Part shown: positions 1 through 11,492 of the stretch, piece by piece
Numbering within the stretch: the stretch's first letter is position 1
How the letters are laid out: each line of letters starts with the position of its first letter
Source: a virus
Reading direction: 5' to 3' (one strand)
Virus record (IMG/VR): IMGVR_UViG_3300028608_000007
Location: 64,001-128,000 of that record
Length of the DNA stretch: 64,000 nt
Translations under genes and position numbers: made by a program
The notes under the pieces: generated by a model
Told to the model about the DNA's origin: nothing
The model's input: the letters and a program-made list of their open reading frames with translations, nothing else
Databases searched by the model: none

Positions 1-14
1 GTCCGATGCCCCGT

Positions 15-716
15 TCAGCATCCATCGCCGCAATCAGATTCACTTTCCGCTTGTGCATTCTTTAAAGCCTCGACCTGACGCTCAGGCGCGTAGTAAAAGG
101 TAGGCGTCTCCCGGTCTTCAGAGACCAGCTCAGTCAGGAACAGTGGTTCGTTCTTCTTGAGTTCTAGACCCCAGTGTTTAGGGGAACCGCTGTAGCCGTA
201 CTTGCTGAACATCAGAATGTCAGCAGTCAGCACAACAGGTTCATGCGGCACTTGGACGTAGTGTTTGGTAGGATCTTCTTTGCAGATCTCTATTTCATAT
301 GGCACACGAATTTCTTTATACGCATCCCACAGTAGGTCTTTGCAGATAGCAGTCCACAGTTCCGCTTCGTTGTCACGAGCCCAGTGGAAATCTTCCACCG
401 ATTCGTAACGTACGCAAACAGGAATGGCTTCTTCTTCACGGAGGATAGCCATCCCGCAGTACGCATCGATCTTACCGATCTCAGCAGCAGGCAGTGCGTA
501 GTACAGGTATTCGTCAATGAACAGCATCAATTCTTTCAAGGAGTCGGAATGAGTCTTCCGGTCCATGATGGGTTTGAGGATTGCTCGAGCAACGATGCCC
601 TCAGTTTGTTTCTTTTTAGCCATTTTCAAGGCTTTCTTCTGAACTTCCTTGAAACCATGATTCTTGTGAGTCAGGGCCAGAATCAACAGAGTATCCAGAT
701 CGCCGAACTTTTCCAC
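15..716 (-). CDS. hypothetical protein
   Basis: 233-aa ORF co-oriented with neighbours, AGGTAG upstream of start; no recognised motif. Confidence 0.7.
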   Translation of the reverse strand: MEKFGDLDTLLILALTHKNHGFKEVQKKALKMAKKKQTEGIVARAILKPIMDRKTHSDSLKELMLFIDEYLYYALPAAEIGKIDAYCGMAILREEEAIPVCVRYESVEDFHWARDNEAELWTAICKDLLWDAYKEIRVPYEIEICKEDPTKHYVQVPHEPVVLTADILMFSKYGYSGSPKHWGLELKKNEPLFLTELVSEDRETPTFYYAPERQVEALKNAQAESESDCGDGC

Positions 717-793
717 GTTTACTACCTTAATAAGTCTTAGCTCTTCTAAGAGCGGGAGTTAGAGTGGGGCCCCAAAGGACCCCGTGGTATTAC

Positions 794-1771
794 CTAGATC
801 TTTGCCAGCCAGTGATCACGAGGAACACGGACCGACGCCGAGTTGGTGTGGCCACCACCGCCCAGTGCTGTTGCGATTGCTTCGCAGTCGGCAGCATTAG
901 GGTTGTCGCGGCTCGAGTTAAAACGGAACACACGTGCGTCTGCCGTATCGAAGTAACTCATCACCAAGGAGTGTTCCGTGGTGTAACGATCGTTCAGCGC
1001 ACTGTACAGCGGTTTCGGTGCATTGAACATCGGTACATCGATCAGGACGATAGGTTCAGAACCATCGACCGTTTCAATAGTACCTGTGAAGTTACGACGA
1101 GTTTCACGAGCGTACCAATCCAGCAGGTTGTTGTCGCTACGTTCCAGCACTTCCCCTGCATCAATCAGGTTCTGCGCAGGCAACAGCGACAGGGCTTCCC
1201 ACTGGAGCAGATCCGCTTCGGTATTGCTGGTCAGGAATGCAGCACAAGCACGGCTGTACCTGCGACTACCCGGAACCTTGAAACGGAACAGGTCGGCATC
1301 ACCCGACATGGTTACGATGGTTGGTTCTGGAGCAGACGCGCCGTTGAAGAACTTCCACGCCAGTTGAGCACCGGATTCGTAGATGTCTACGTACAGCTTG
1401 AGGTTTGGTGGATTCACCTCGTAAGGCATTGCGCCTTCGTAAGGTTTACCCATGTCCTCGGCGATGTTGAACGCCTGCTGAGCAGCGCTGGTTTCGCTGT
1501 TCAACGCGGTGTACATCTTTTCAGTGGTCTTGTGGTGGTCAATGACGATCACCAGTTCAGCCACTTTACACAGTTCCCGCAACACCGAGATCGGGTAGGA
1601 GAAGTCCAGGATGTAAAGGATCTCGCCCCGCTCAATCTTCGGTGGAGCTTCGCCATATTCGGCGGACACGAAAGTTGCATGGGGGAGCCGTTGATGAGCA
1701 ACCCAAGCGGCTGTGATCCCATCAACGCAGTTCCGGTGGTAGACCACCGTTGTTTTTGCTGGTTCAGTCAT
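794..1771 (-). CDS. DHH/DHHA1-family phosphoesterase (NrnA/NrnB-like)
   Basis: Motifs YHxxCxDG, ILDF, IDHHKT, C-terminal GGGGHxxSAS; start moved to ATG 1771 (GGAGGGG SD). Confidence 0.85.
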   Translation of the reverse strand: MTEPAKTTVVYHRNCVDGITAAWVAHQRLPHATFVSAEYGEAPPKIERGEILYILDFSYPISVLRELCKVAELVIVIDHHKTTEKMYTALNSETSAAQQAFNIAEDMGKPYEGAMPYEVNPPNLKLYVDIYESGAQLAWKFFNGASAPEPTIVTMSGDADLFRFKVPGSRRYSRACAAFLTSNTEADLLQWEALSLLPAQNLIDAGEVLERSDNNLLDWYARETRRNFTGTIETVDGSEPIVLIDVPMFNAPKPLYSALNDRYTTEHSLVMSYFDTADARVFRFNSSRDNPNAADCEAIATALGGGGHTNSASVRVPRDHWLAKI

Positions 1772-1787
1772 ATCCCCTCCTAGGGAT

Positions 1788-2216
1788 TCAAAGATCGACG
1801 TCCTTCCACTCACGAGTAATTCCCCCGATTTCATGATCTGAAATGACGTACATCACTGAGATATCCGCCTTTGTTGGATGGTGGAAGCCAAACAAGAAGT
1901 ACGGACTTTCACTCATATACACCAGAGTATCCCCATACTGCGGGGTCCTCCGGGCAACCTCAACGCCAATAATGCGTTCAGGCCACTGTTGGTGATGAAA
2001 CTGACCTACTGTGCAATCCACGGCGTGTTGGCCCAACTCTGGTAACGGCGCTTGGTCACCGCAGTCAGCAAAGAACACAGGACGGTTGTCAGGAGTTACA
2101 TAGCCAAACTCAATGTTGGGAATGGACAACGCTCCCGCCAAAGTGTCTTGGGCTTCCTGAAAACTATCGTGAACGTCACCTGGTTGACGGATCAAGCGTT
2201 TTGTGGTTGTTCGCAC
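1788..2216 (-). CDS. hypothetical protein (start uncertain)
   Basis: Open frame filling the gap between 2192 and 1771; only GTG/TTG starts available. Confidence 0.4.
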   Translation of the reverse strand: MRTTTKRLIRQPGDVHDSFQEAQDTLAGALSIPNIEFGYVTPDNRPVFFADCGDQAPLPELGQHAVDCTVGQFHHQQWPERIIGVEVARRTPQYGDTLVYMSESPYFLFGFHHPTKADISVMYVISDHEIGGITREWKDVDL

Positions 2217-2611
2217 AGGATTGCATGCCCCATCGGATAGGCCTCTATATAGGCAGTTAACAGTTTGAGCCACAACCACGGGTTATCAAACCCAGGACTG
2301 TAGCCTGCACCACCCGGTGCTGGAAACTGCGTTTTGACCCTGAGGAATTCCTCGTACAGGTCTTTGCGGTACTCCAAGAAGATCGTCTTCGAAGCCCGGT
2401 GGAAATGAATCTCCAGACCGGTAGCCTCAATCCGCTTGAAGTACAGCGTGTACTCCTTACCATCAACTGTCACGGTGCCACTGTGCACGTGCTGATCCCG
2501 GAAGCGTGGGATCAGAAGTTTCTGGATGAGTTGTGAAAACAGAAACGAGGTTGCCGACGTTAGAGTTTCATGGGTTTGCATGGCACGTTCCATCAGGTAT
2601 ACGTTTGTCAT
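2192..2611 (-). CDS. hypothetical protein
   Basis: ORF in operon context; start MTNV at 2611 chosen. Confidence 0.6.
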   Translation of the reverse strand: MTNVYLMERAMQTHETLTSATSFLFSQLIQKLLIPRFRDQHVHSGTVTVDGKEYTLYFKRIEATGLEIHFHRASKTIFLEYRKDLYEEFLRVKTQFPAPGGAGYSPGFDNPWLWLKLLTAYIEAYPMGHAILCEQPQNA

Positions 2612-2899
2612 TCTTCGGTTCCCCTTGCATGGCGGAGCGATCAAAGAAATCGCCCCCAATGAATGGTACTACCGCTCCAGACAGCACGCCGTCCAGCAAG
2701 TTCTTGTATGCTGGCAGACGCTCCTTGAAGGTTCGAACTCGGGTAGCGCCACCACTTCTTCCGATGTGGTAATCCGAAATCACTACCGTACCTGCCGGAT
2801 CAAAGAAGTCAGCTTCGACATCAATGACCCGACTTTCCCTTGCAAACGGCATGGGTTGTTTATTACGACCTCCCATGTAAACCTTTTTCTTCTTCATCA

Positions 2900-2900
<1 letters not shown>
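2568..2900 (-). CDS. hypothetical protein
   Basis: 110-aa ORF whose start overlaps the ligase stop. Confidence 0.65.
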
Positions 2901-4986
<2,086 letters not shown>

Positions 4987-4999
4987 AACCCCTTGGTAC

Positions 5000-6196
5000 T
5001 TATTTGACCAGGTTAGCGCCGCCGAGGTAATCAGCATCGAAGTCAGCGTTACTGGCATCGAGTTTCAGACGGGTGACGCGTTCGAACATGGTGGAGTGGA
5101 AGTAACGTGGTTCGCTACCGTAGCTGTCCAGACGAACCGGTTCGAACGGATCGTACTTGGAGAAGCTCAGTTGCAGAGCCAGCAGGTCGCCTTTCGGAGA
5201 CGCGTTGTGGCCACGGCCGCCGTAGCCGTAATCGCGCTCGTTGAAGTAGTTCTTGACCCCGACTTCGAGCACGATGATGTGTTCTTCTGGGTTCAGGATC
5301 GAACGCAGTACATCACCACGCTTGAGTTCTTCCACCGGCAGAGTCGCAGCAATGCGGTCAGCCAGTTCCAGAGTAGCCTCGAAACTGCTGGCTTTCTGGA
5401 AGTCGCGAGCCTTCTTCTCAACCGAGTCGAAGTCGAACGGCTGGATCAGGATACCGTTGAAGCCAGCGTACCGCTCTGGTTGGTCTACGTCGTACACATC
5501 GTAGTGGAACGGATGTGCGTGTTGCGGGAAGTAGACCCCGTTCTTCTGGTTGAAGTCAAAGGCCTTGGTGACTGCCTTGACATCACCATTGATCCAGACC
5601 ATCGCGGTCATTTCGACGCCGAAGTAGCGCGCCCAGCGAACCAGCGACTTGTTACGGCTACCACCAGCGTGGTAGTTTTCAGCGGTCCAGATCTGACCCT
5701 TGGCAACCTCGATGGTGCGCAGAGCATCGAGGGACTGACCAACGATCAGCTTGGCGGTTTCGACTTCGTGCAGGTTGGACAAGGCTTCGGTCTCGGCTTT
5801 CGGATTGACTTCGTTCAGTGCGGTGTAGCCACCCAGTTCTGCACGGGTGGGGTGATGCAGCGCTGGGTTGTGTTCTGCCGCTGCTTTGTCAGCAGGGCGA
5901 GCCATGGCGCCAGCTTGTGGACGGTGAGCAGCGAGCTTGGCCAGGTCAGTCAGGTTTTCACCATCTTTGACCTGAACCGGTTCAGGACCTTTCGGTTGAG
6001 CGCCGGTGGCGCCAGCAGCCGCTTCGGATTTCAGCTTGTCCTCGGCAATCTGTGCAGCAGTGCGACGGGTGCGAGGTTTCTTTTCAGCAGCAGGTTTCTT
6101 GGCCGCAGGTTTGGTAGCCGGTTTTGCAGCAGCTTTAGTGGCTGGCTTGGCGGCAGGGGTTTTAGCGGCGGTATCTTTAGTAGCCATCGTAGGCAT
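5000..6196 (-). CDS. hypothetical protein with N-terminal Ala/Lys/Pro-rich (KPAA-type) basic tail
   Basis: 398 aa, strongly biased codons; AAKTPAAKPATKAAAKPATKPAAKKPAAEKKPRTRR. Confidence 0.8.
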   Translation of the reverse strand: MPTMATKDTAAKTPAAKPATKAAAKPATKPAAKKPAAEKKPRTRRTAAQIAEDKLKSEAAAGATGAQPKGPEPVQVKDGENLTDLAKLAAHRPQAGAMARPADKAAAEHNPALHHPTRAELGGYTALNEVNPKAETEALSNLHEVETAKLIVGQSLDALRTIEVAKGQIWTAENYHAGGSRNKSLVRWARYFGVEMTAMVWINGDVKAVTKAFDFNQKNGVYFPQHAHPFHYDVYDVDQPERYAGFNGILIQPFDFDSVEKKARDFQKASSFEATLELADRIAATLPVEELKRGDVLRSILNPEEHIIVLEVGVKNYFNERDYGYGGRGHNASPKGDLLALQLSFSKYDPFEPVRLDSYGSEPRYFHSTMFERVTRLKLDASNADFDADYLGGANLVK

Positions 6197-6200
6197 TTCC

Positions 6201-6452
6201 TTACTGGTGTGGGTAGTGGTACATGTTGCGGACAGTGGAGACTTGATGATTCAGTTCCATGCCCAAGTATTGTTGGTGAATCGTTTGGTCAGCTTGGGAA
6301 AGCAGACTCAGAGCTTGACAGGCTTCTGTTGCGGTGTTAGGTGGGAAGAGCATGATAGCTTTCCCGGCTTTCGTGGTGAAACGGGTTTGCGGATAGAGCC
6401 TTACCAACAAGTCTACCGCATCTCGTACTTGTGTGGTGTCAAGCATTGGCAT
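6201..6452 (-). CDS. hypothetical protein
   Basis: 83-aa ORF with AAGGAG SD. Confidence 0.65.
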   Translation of the reverse strand: MPMLDTTQVRDAVDLLVRLYPQTRFTTKAGKAIMLFPPNTATEACQALSLLSQADQTIHQQYLGMELNHQVSTVRNMYHYPHQ

Positions 6453-6564
6453 GGATTACTCTCCTTAGAGCAGATGCCATAAGGATGGGAATAAAAGCCC
6501 CCATCCTTATTCTTTTTATAGAACAGGTTTATTTAGGCAATTGATAGCCCAAGGGTGTTAGGTT

Positions 6565-7971
6565 TTACTTGCGCAGCTTAGGGTCCCATTGAGTACCCTC
6601 GAGAAGGTAGTCCAGTTTCCCATCGGCTGCTTCTTGCATAGCTTGTTCAGCATCAGCGATTTCTTCCGGTGTAGCAACAACAGGCGGGAGCCCTACATCA
6701 CTGATATCTTCCAGATCGCCCAAGCTTTCTCTCCTGATTCTGCGCTTAACACGCTCAGCCAGTCCAGGATCAACGTTCTCCGCCAGAAGTTGATCGATCG
6801 TAACTTGTTGCTCAGGAGTAGGTTGCGGTAGACGTCCTTCGTACGGATCGCCGTATTTCTCCCAGTGTTCCCGAAGAGGGTTCTTGCTGTGATCCAGCTT
6901 GTAACCATCGCCCGGCTTCGATACGTGTGGGGGAAACTCGTAATCGTCAGGGATAACCCGTACTTCTACGCCTTTGTCCACGATCTGACCCTCAAGTGGT
7001 TTCTCTTTGGGTTCACCCAGGTGGTACTCGACATTTCCTTCACTATCCAGAGACTCACGGATCAGAATCCCGTAGTTTCGACGGTTCAGGTTCTCGTCCA
7101 AATCCATCACTGGGGAAACGACTTCACCCTCGATCGGTACATTGCGCTTGGAGAGAGCAGCAACTTTGAAGAGGTCGAGCATTCCGTTTTCACCGAGCAA
7201 CCCGGACTTCTGCATGATGCGATCCACTTCACCGTCGAGGTGTTCCCCTTCGATACCATAGACCTCAGGACACAGGTTGGTCTCAGGGATTGGGTCATGT
7301 GGGATGTAATCCCCTTTCACCGGTCCCGTCAGGATGCTCATGAAGTCAATGTCACGTAGATCACGCTTGACGCCGTCTTCACCCACAGCGTAGGCAGTGA
7401 CCTTTGGGAGGAATTCCCCACCTTTGATAGTGCGGTCGAGAGCGCCTTCTTCGTAATGTTTCAGACGATCCATAGAACCCGGTGCGTAGATATTCCGCGC
7501 ATCCCGCAAACGCATGGCAGGTAACGTACGTAGACTCACGTTACTGGACTCGGTAATGTACCCCGCTTCTTTCAACTTGTCGTACTGGTGTTGGGCGAAG
7601 ATGTAGTGATCTTCGTGGGTTTCAGGGATGATCGGAACCATGCGATCTGGCGGTACTACGGAATAACCGCTGATAGGACTAGCGAAGATGCCGCTGTACA
7701 CATCAGACGGACCGCCACGCAGCAACGCCACTTGGTCGTATTGGTTTTGGGAAATCAGACCTTGGTCCAACCATTCCTTCAACATCGGGTCAGGAGTGTG
7801 GTTCTCCCGCCGTTTGTTGATGTAGGAGTCGATAAGCTTGAACTCCTCGCGCATGGCGTAATCGTTGTACCAGAAGAAGTAGTCGTCCAGCACCTGAGTC
7901 AGAATGTGATCTGGCAGGCCGGTCATGTTGAATGGATCGAACTTTGGAATTTGGTGAGCACCGATTTTCAT
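6565..7971 (-). CDS. hypothetical acidic protein
   Basis: 468-aa ORF, AAGGAG SD; N-terminal FDPFNxxGLPDHI motif shared with 8000..8350. Confidence 0.8.
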   Translation of the reverse strand: MKIGAHQIPKFDPFNMTGLPDHILTQVLDDYFFWYNDYAMREEFKLIDSYINKRRENHTPDPMLKEWLDQGLISQNQYDQVALLRGGPSDVYSGIFASPISGYSVVPPDRMVPIIPETHEDHYIFAQHQYDKLKEAGYITESSNVSLRTLPAMRLRDARNIYAPGSMDRLKHYEEGALDRTIKGGEFLPKVTAYAVGEDGVKRDLRDIDFMSILTGPVKGDYIPHDPIPETNLCPEVYGIEGEHLDGEVDRIMQKSGLLGENGMLDLFKVAALSKRNVPIEGEVVSPVMDLDENLNRRNYGILIRESLDSEGNVEYHLGEPKEKPLEGQIVDKGVEVRVIPDDYEFPPHVSKPGDGYKLDHSKNPLREHWEKYGDPYEGRLPQPTPEQQVTIDQLLAENVDPGLAERVKRRIRRESLGDLEDISDVGLPPVVATPEEIADAEQAMQEAADGKLDYLLEGTQWDPKLRK

Positions 7972-7999
7972 TATAGATCTCCTTAGACCTTAAGTTTAG

Positions 8000-8350
8000 T
8001 TAGCCGATGATAGCGCCGAAGCGGATCTCACCGTCTTTGGTGTTTTCGTTAACCCAGTTCTGAATGAACTGGCGTTCTTGATCCACGAGGAAGTCGTAGA
8101 CTACAGCGCGTTCGATATGGTCAGGCAAACCCGATTGGTTGAACGGGTCAAACCCAACCATTACCACACGAGTAACAACGTTACGCATGGGCTTGTGCTG
8201 GTTCTTGGTGCGCTTGAATTGAACACCCTTGATTTCAGGGATTTCGATTCCAGCTTCGCGGAACTCTCGAGCTTTGCGTTCGATGTAAGCTTTGTCAGGT
8301 GGGAACCCTGGATTGTAGACCCCACCTTTCCAGCCGCGTACATTAGACAT
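8000..8350 (-). CDS. hypothetical protein
   Basis: 116-aa ORF overlapping upstream stop; contains FDPFNQSGLPDHI. Confidence 0.7.
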   Translation of the reverse strand: MSNVRGWKGGVYNPGFPPDKAYIERKAREFREAGIEIPEIKGVQFKRTKNQHKPMRNVVTRVVMVGFDPFNQSGLPDHIERAVVYDFLVDQERQFIQNWVNENTKDGEIRFGAIIG

Positions 8351-8720
8351 TGAAAGTATCTCCTGGGTAGTCTACAGAAAGGGATGGGGTTATTGCGTAA
8401 GGTTGTCCTTGGATCACAACCAAACCAGGAGTGGGTCTGGAATGGTGGAGTAAAGCCTCACGAACTTCCAGGACATCCGCGTCATCGTAGACGGAGTCAG
8501 GGAGTTCGAAGTCTTTCTTTAGCACATTACCCAGACGCACTACCTCGTCCAAGTCCATGTTGCCGACACCGGCTTTGATCTGATCCATCACTCGACGCTG
8601 GACGCTCTCAGGGAATTGATCCCCGGCAGCCTTACGTACCAGTTCGATGATGTGACACCGGGCGACGAACTCTACAACCGTACCCAGTGTGAAATTCTTG
8701 AAGTGCTTCATCGCGTCCAT
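8343..8720 (-). CDS. hypothetical protein
   Basis: 125-aa ORF, GGAG SD, first gene after putative early promoter. Confidence 0.7.
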   Translation of the reverse strand: MDAMKHFKNFTLGTVVEFVARCHIIELVRKAAGDQFPESVQRRVMDQIKAGVGNMDLDEVVRLGNVLKKDFELPDSVYDDADVLEVREALLHHSRPTPGLVVIQGQPYAITPSLSVDYPGDTFNV

Positions 8721-8760
8721 AATTGATCTCCGTAGATCGAAAGGTTAGGTAGCTCATGGG

Positions 8761-8790
8761 GGTAATATATACTTGAAATTCAGTTGTTTC
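8761..8790 (-). promoter_or_regulatory. putative phage early promoter (TATATTAC-type)
   Basis: Minus strand reads TTTCAAGTATATATTACC; resembles the TATATTAC early-promoter motif described for phiKZ. Confidence 0.6.
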
Positions 8791-8929
8791 CAGTCAGTCT
8801 AAAACTACATAAGTCCTGTCTCCTATGTCAGTTCCGCGTAGTGTTTTCAAACCCAGTTTTGAGAACCTAATGTTATAGTCACGGACAACTTTTAGTCCTT
8901 CGTACAGCCCAAAGTTCAAGGTTAGAACC

Positions 8930-11437
8930 ATGATTCGAGAGATGATCAAATTCGACGGCACTCGTGAGCCGTTCATTGCAGAAAAGCCTGCTCGCTGGAC
9001 GCAATGGGGTGCCCGAAAGCTCGGTAAACGCGTGGACTGGCCGAGTATTCTCGCAGAAGCAGTAAATGAATGTCCTCCTGTCCTGTCCACTCTGGACTTC
9101 CAGGAGAAGCTGGTAGACGTGACCCTTCGTGGTGAGTCGTGGGCACACTACCTGATGGCCGGTCGCCTTTATGCCCCGCTTATCGCAAAGAAGACCTTCG
9201 GTAACGAGATTCCGACTGTACAGGAACTCCACCACCGCATGGCCGATCGTGGCTATATGTACCTCCTGGACTACTCTGATGCTGAGTACGCCGAGGTTCA
9301 GAAGCTGATCGACCACAAGAAAGACCAGACTTACCCGCACTTCCGCAGTGAGTACATCTACAAGAAGTACGCTCTGCAAAACCGCATCGGTTCCAGCAAG
9401 GAAGTCTTCGAGACTCCTCAGTTCGTGTACATGCGCATGGCTATGGCTCTCTCCGAAGATCAGCCGCGTGATCGTCGTATGCGTGACGTAGCCAAGTTCT
9501 ACGAGCACCTTTCCGACGCCCGCATCAACGCCCCGACTCCGAACTACGTGAACCTGGGTACTCCACTACGTGGCTTCGCTTCTTGCTGCATCTACAGCAA
9601 CGAAGACACCGCTGCCTCCATCGGTATCGGTCTGCACATCGCTTACACCATGACCTACATGTCCGCAGGTTGTGGTACTCACCTGAACACTCGTTCGCTG
9701 GGTGACCCTGTCCGTGGTGGCATGATCCGTCACCAAGGCAAACTGCCGTACGCTCGTGCTACCAAAGCCATGGTTGAAGCCAACCTGCAAAATGGTCGTG
9801 GTGGCGCTGATACCCTGACCTGGCAGTTGCACGATCCAGAAAACGAAACCATGCTGCAACTTCAGAACCCGATGTCGACTGTGGACAAGCAGATCCGTGG
9901 TATCGACTACTCGGTGACCGTCTCGAAGTTCATCGCACGTTTCGCTGGTGCCAAAGGCAAGCTGTTCAAGTTCAACAGCTTCACCGCACCAGACCTGTAC
10001 GACGCGTTCTACTCCGGCGACTTCTCGCTGTTTGAAGAACTGTACGCCAAGTACGAAGCTGACCCGCTGTTCGTCAAGGACTACTTCAACGCTCGTGAGC
10101 TGATCCTGGTAGCCCTGACAGAAGCCCTGGAAACTGGTCGTTACTACCTGACCTGGGCTGACGAGATGAATCGTCACACCCCGTTCTACGATTCGATCTT
10201 CGCTTCCAACCTGTGCCAAGAAATCATGCTGCCTCAGCGTGGTTACGCCCACATGATGGACCTGTACCAAACTTCGTCGGTTGGCTACATCCGCCTGACC
10301 ACTACCGACGGTCAGCGCATGGAACTCGAAGCACCGCAGAAGGTGTGGGTAGACCGCGAGCTGGGTATGGACATGCCTATCGGGCGTATTGCTCGACCGG
10401 CTATTGCTGCGATCGAACTGCAACCAGGTGAGTCGTTCCGTACCGTGAAGGACGGTCTGACCTACGTCGTTGGTACCGTGGACGAAATCAAGCGCGAACC
10501 AGAAGTTGCCATGTGCAACATCGGTGGCGTGGTTCCGGCCAACATCGAGAGCGACGAGCAGTGGGCTGAGGTTGCCTACTACACCCTGCTGATGATCGAC
10601 ATCTGCATTCACAAAGCTGAGTACGAGCTGCCGCACATCGGCTACACGTCCAAGGCTCGTATGAACGCTGGTGTGGGCCTGATGGGTGTTGCTACCTGGA
10701 TGGCGAAGAACAACCTGAAGTACTCGACGCAGGAAGGCAAGAACGCGCTGTTCCACCTCGACGAAACGCACATGTACCACCTGATCACTCAGTCGATCAA
10801 GTTGGGCAAAGAGCGTGGCAATGCCGAGTGGATGCACCGCACCAAGTGGCCAGAAGGCTACCTGCCGCAAGACAGTGCCAACCAGAACGTTCTGGAACTG
10901 GTCACCGTCAAACCTGCACGTGACTGGGCTCCGGTTCGTCAAGCGCTGATCGAAAACGAAGGGATGCGCTTCTCCTGCGTCAACTCCCACATGCCAGGTG
11001 AATCCAGCTCGAAAGCTGCTGGTCAACCAAATGGTCGCTACCCTGTTCGTGACGTCGTCATGACCAAGACCGACAACGGCATCGTGTCGCGTTGGGCTGC
11101 ACCGGAAGGCGACATCTGGGGTGATCGTTACGAGATCGCATGGGACCTGGATTACACCCACCAGATCGACAGCTACGCCGTCGGCCAGTACTGGTGTGAC
11201 CAAGGCATGTCCGCTGACCAATGGCGTCGCCTGCCACCAGGTGAAACCGTAGGTTCGGCAGAACTGCTGCAAGGGTTCTTCCGCATGACCAAGTACGGCT
11301 TCAAATCACGCTACTACTACAACACGCTGACCACCGCTCCGAAGCGGATGGAGAACGGCGAAATCGTGATGGTCGAAGTGCGCAACACCGACTCTGCTCC
11401 AGAAGCAGACTGCGGGGCCGGTGGCTGCAAGATGTAA
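8930..11437 (+). CDS. nrdA: class I ribonucleotide reductase alpha subunit
   Basis: PTP motif, ASCC, NLCQE finger loop, MCN, GVGLMG, KSRYY, C-terminal CGAGGC. Confidence 0.95.
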   Translation: MIREMIKFDGTREPFIAEKPARWTQWGARKLGKRVDWPSILAEAVNECPPVLSTLDFQEKLVDVTLRGESWAHYLMAGRLYAPLIAKKTFGNEIPTVQELHHRMADRGYMYLLDYSDAEYAEVQKLIDHKKDQTYPHFRSEYIYKKYALQNRIGSSKEVFETPQFVYMRMAMALSEDQPRDRRMRDVAKFYEHLSDARINAPTPNYVNLGTPLRGFASCCIYSNEDTAASIGIGLHIAYTMTYMSAGCGTHLNTRSLGDPVRGGMIRHQGKLPYARATKAMVEANLQNGRGGADTLTWQLHDPENETMLQLQNPMSTVDKQIRGIDYSVTVSKFIARFAGAKGKLFKFNSFTAPDLYDAFYSGDFSLFEELYAKYEADPLFVKDYFNARELILVALTEALETGRYYLTWADEMNRHTPFYDSIFASNLCQEIMLPQRGYAHMMDLYQTSSVGYIRLTTTDGQRMELEAPQKVWVDRELGMDMPIGRIARPAIAAIELQPGESFRTVKDGLTYVVGTVDEIKREPEVAMCNIGGVVPANIESDEQWAEVAYYTLLMIDICIHKAEYELPHIGYTSKARMNAGVGLMGVATWMAKNNLKYSTQEGKNALFHLDETHMYHLITQSIKLGKERGNAEWMHRTKWPEGYLPQDSANQNVLELVTVKPARDWAPVRQALIENEGMRFSCVNSHMPGESSSKAAGQPNGRYPVRDVVMTKTDNGIVSRWAAPEGDIWGDRYEIAWDLDYTHQIDSYAVGQYWCDQGMSADQWRRLPPGETVGSAELLQGFFRMTKYGFKSRYYYNTLTTAPKRMENGEIVMVEVRNTDSAPEADCGAGGCKM

Positions 11438-11443
11438 TTGATA

Positions 11444-11463
11444 GGGGCTCTCTCGGGAGCCCC
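11444..11463 (+). terminator. hairpin between nrdA and nrdB (terminator or processing site)
   Basis: GGGGCTC/GAGCCCC stem, no U tract. Confidence 0.4.
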
Positions 11464-11492
11464 GACACTTAACGAACATTAGGGTAAAGGTA

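Noticed and set aside
10283-10495. Active intein in NrdA
   Set aside because: No N-terminal Cys/Ser, no TxxH, no terminal His-Asn and no endonuclease; kept only as a remnant hypothesis.
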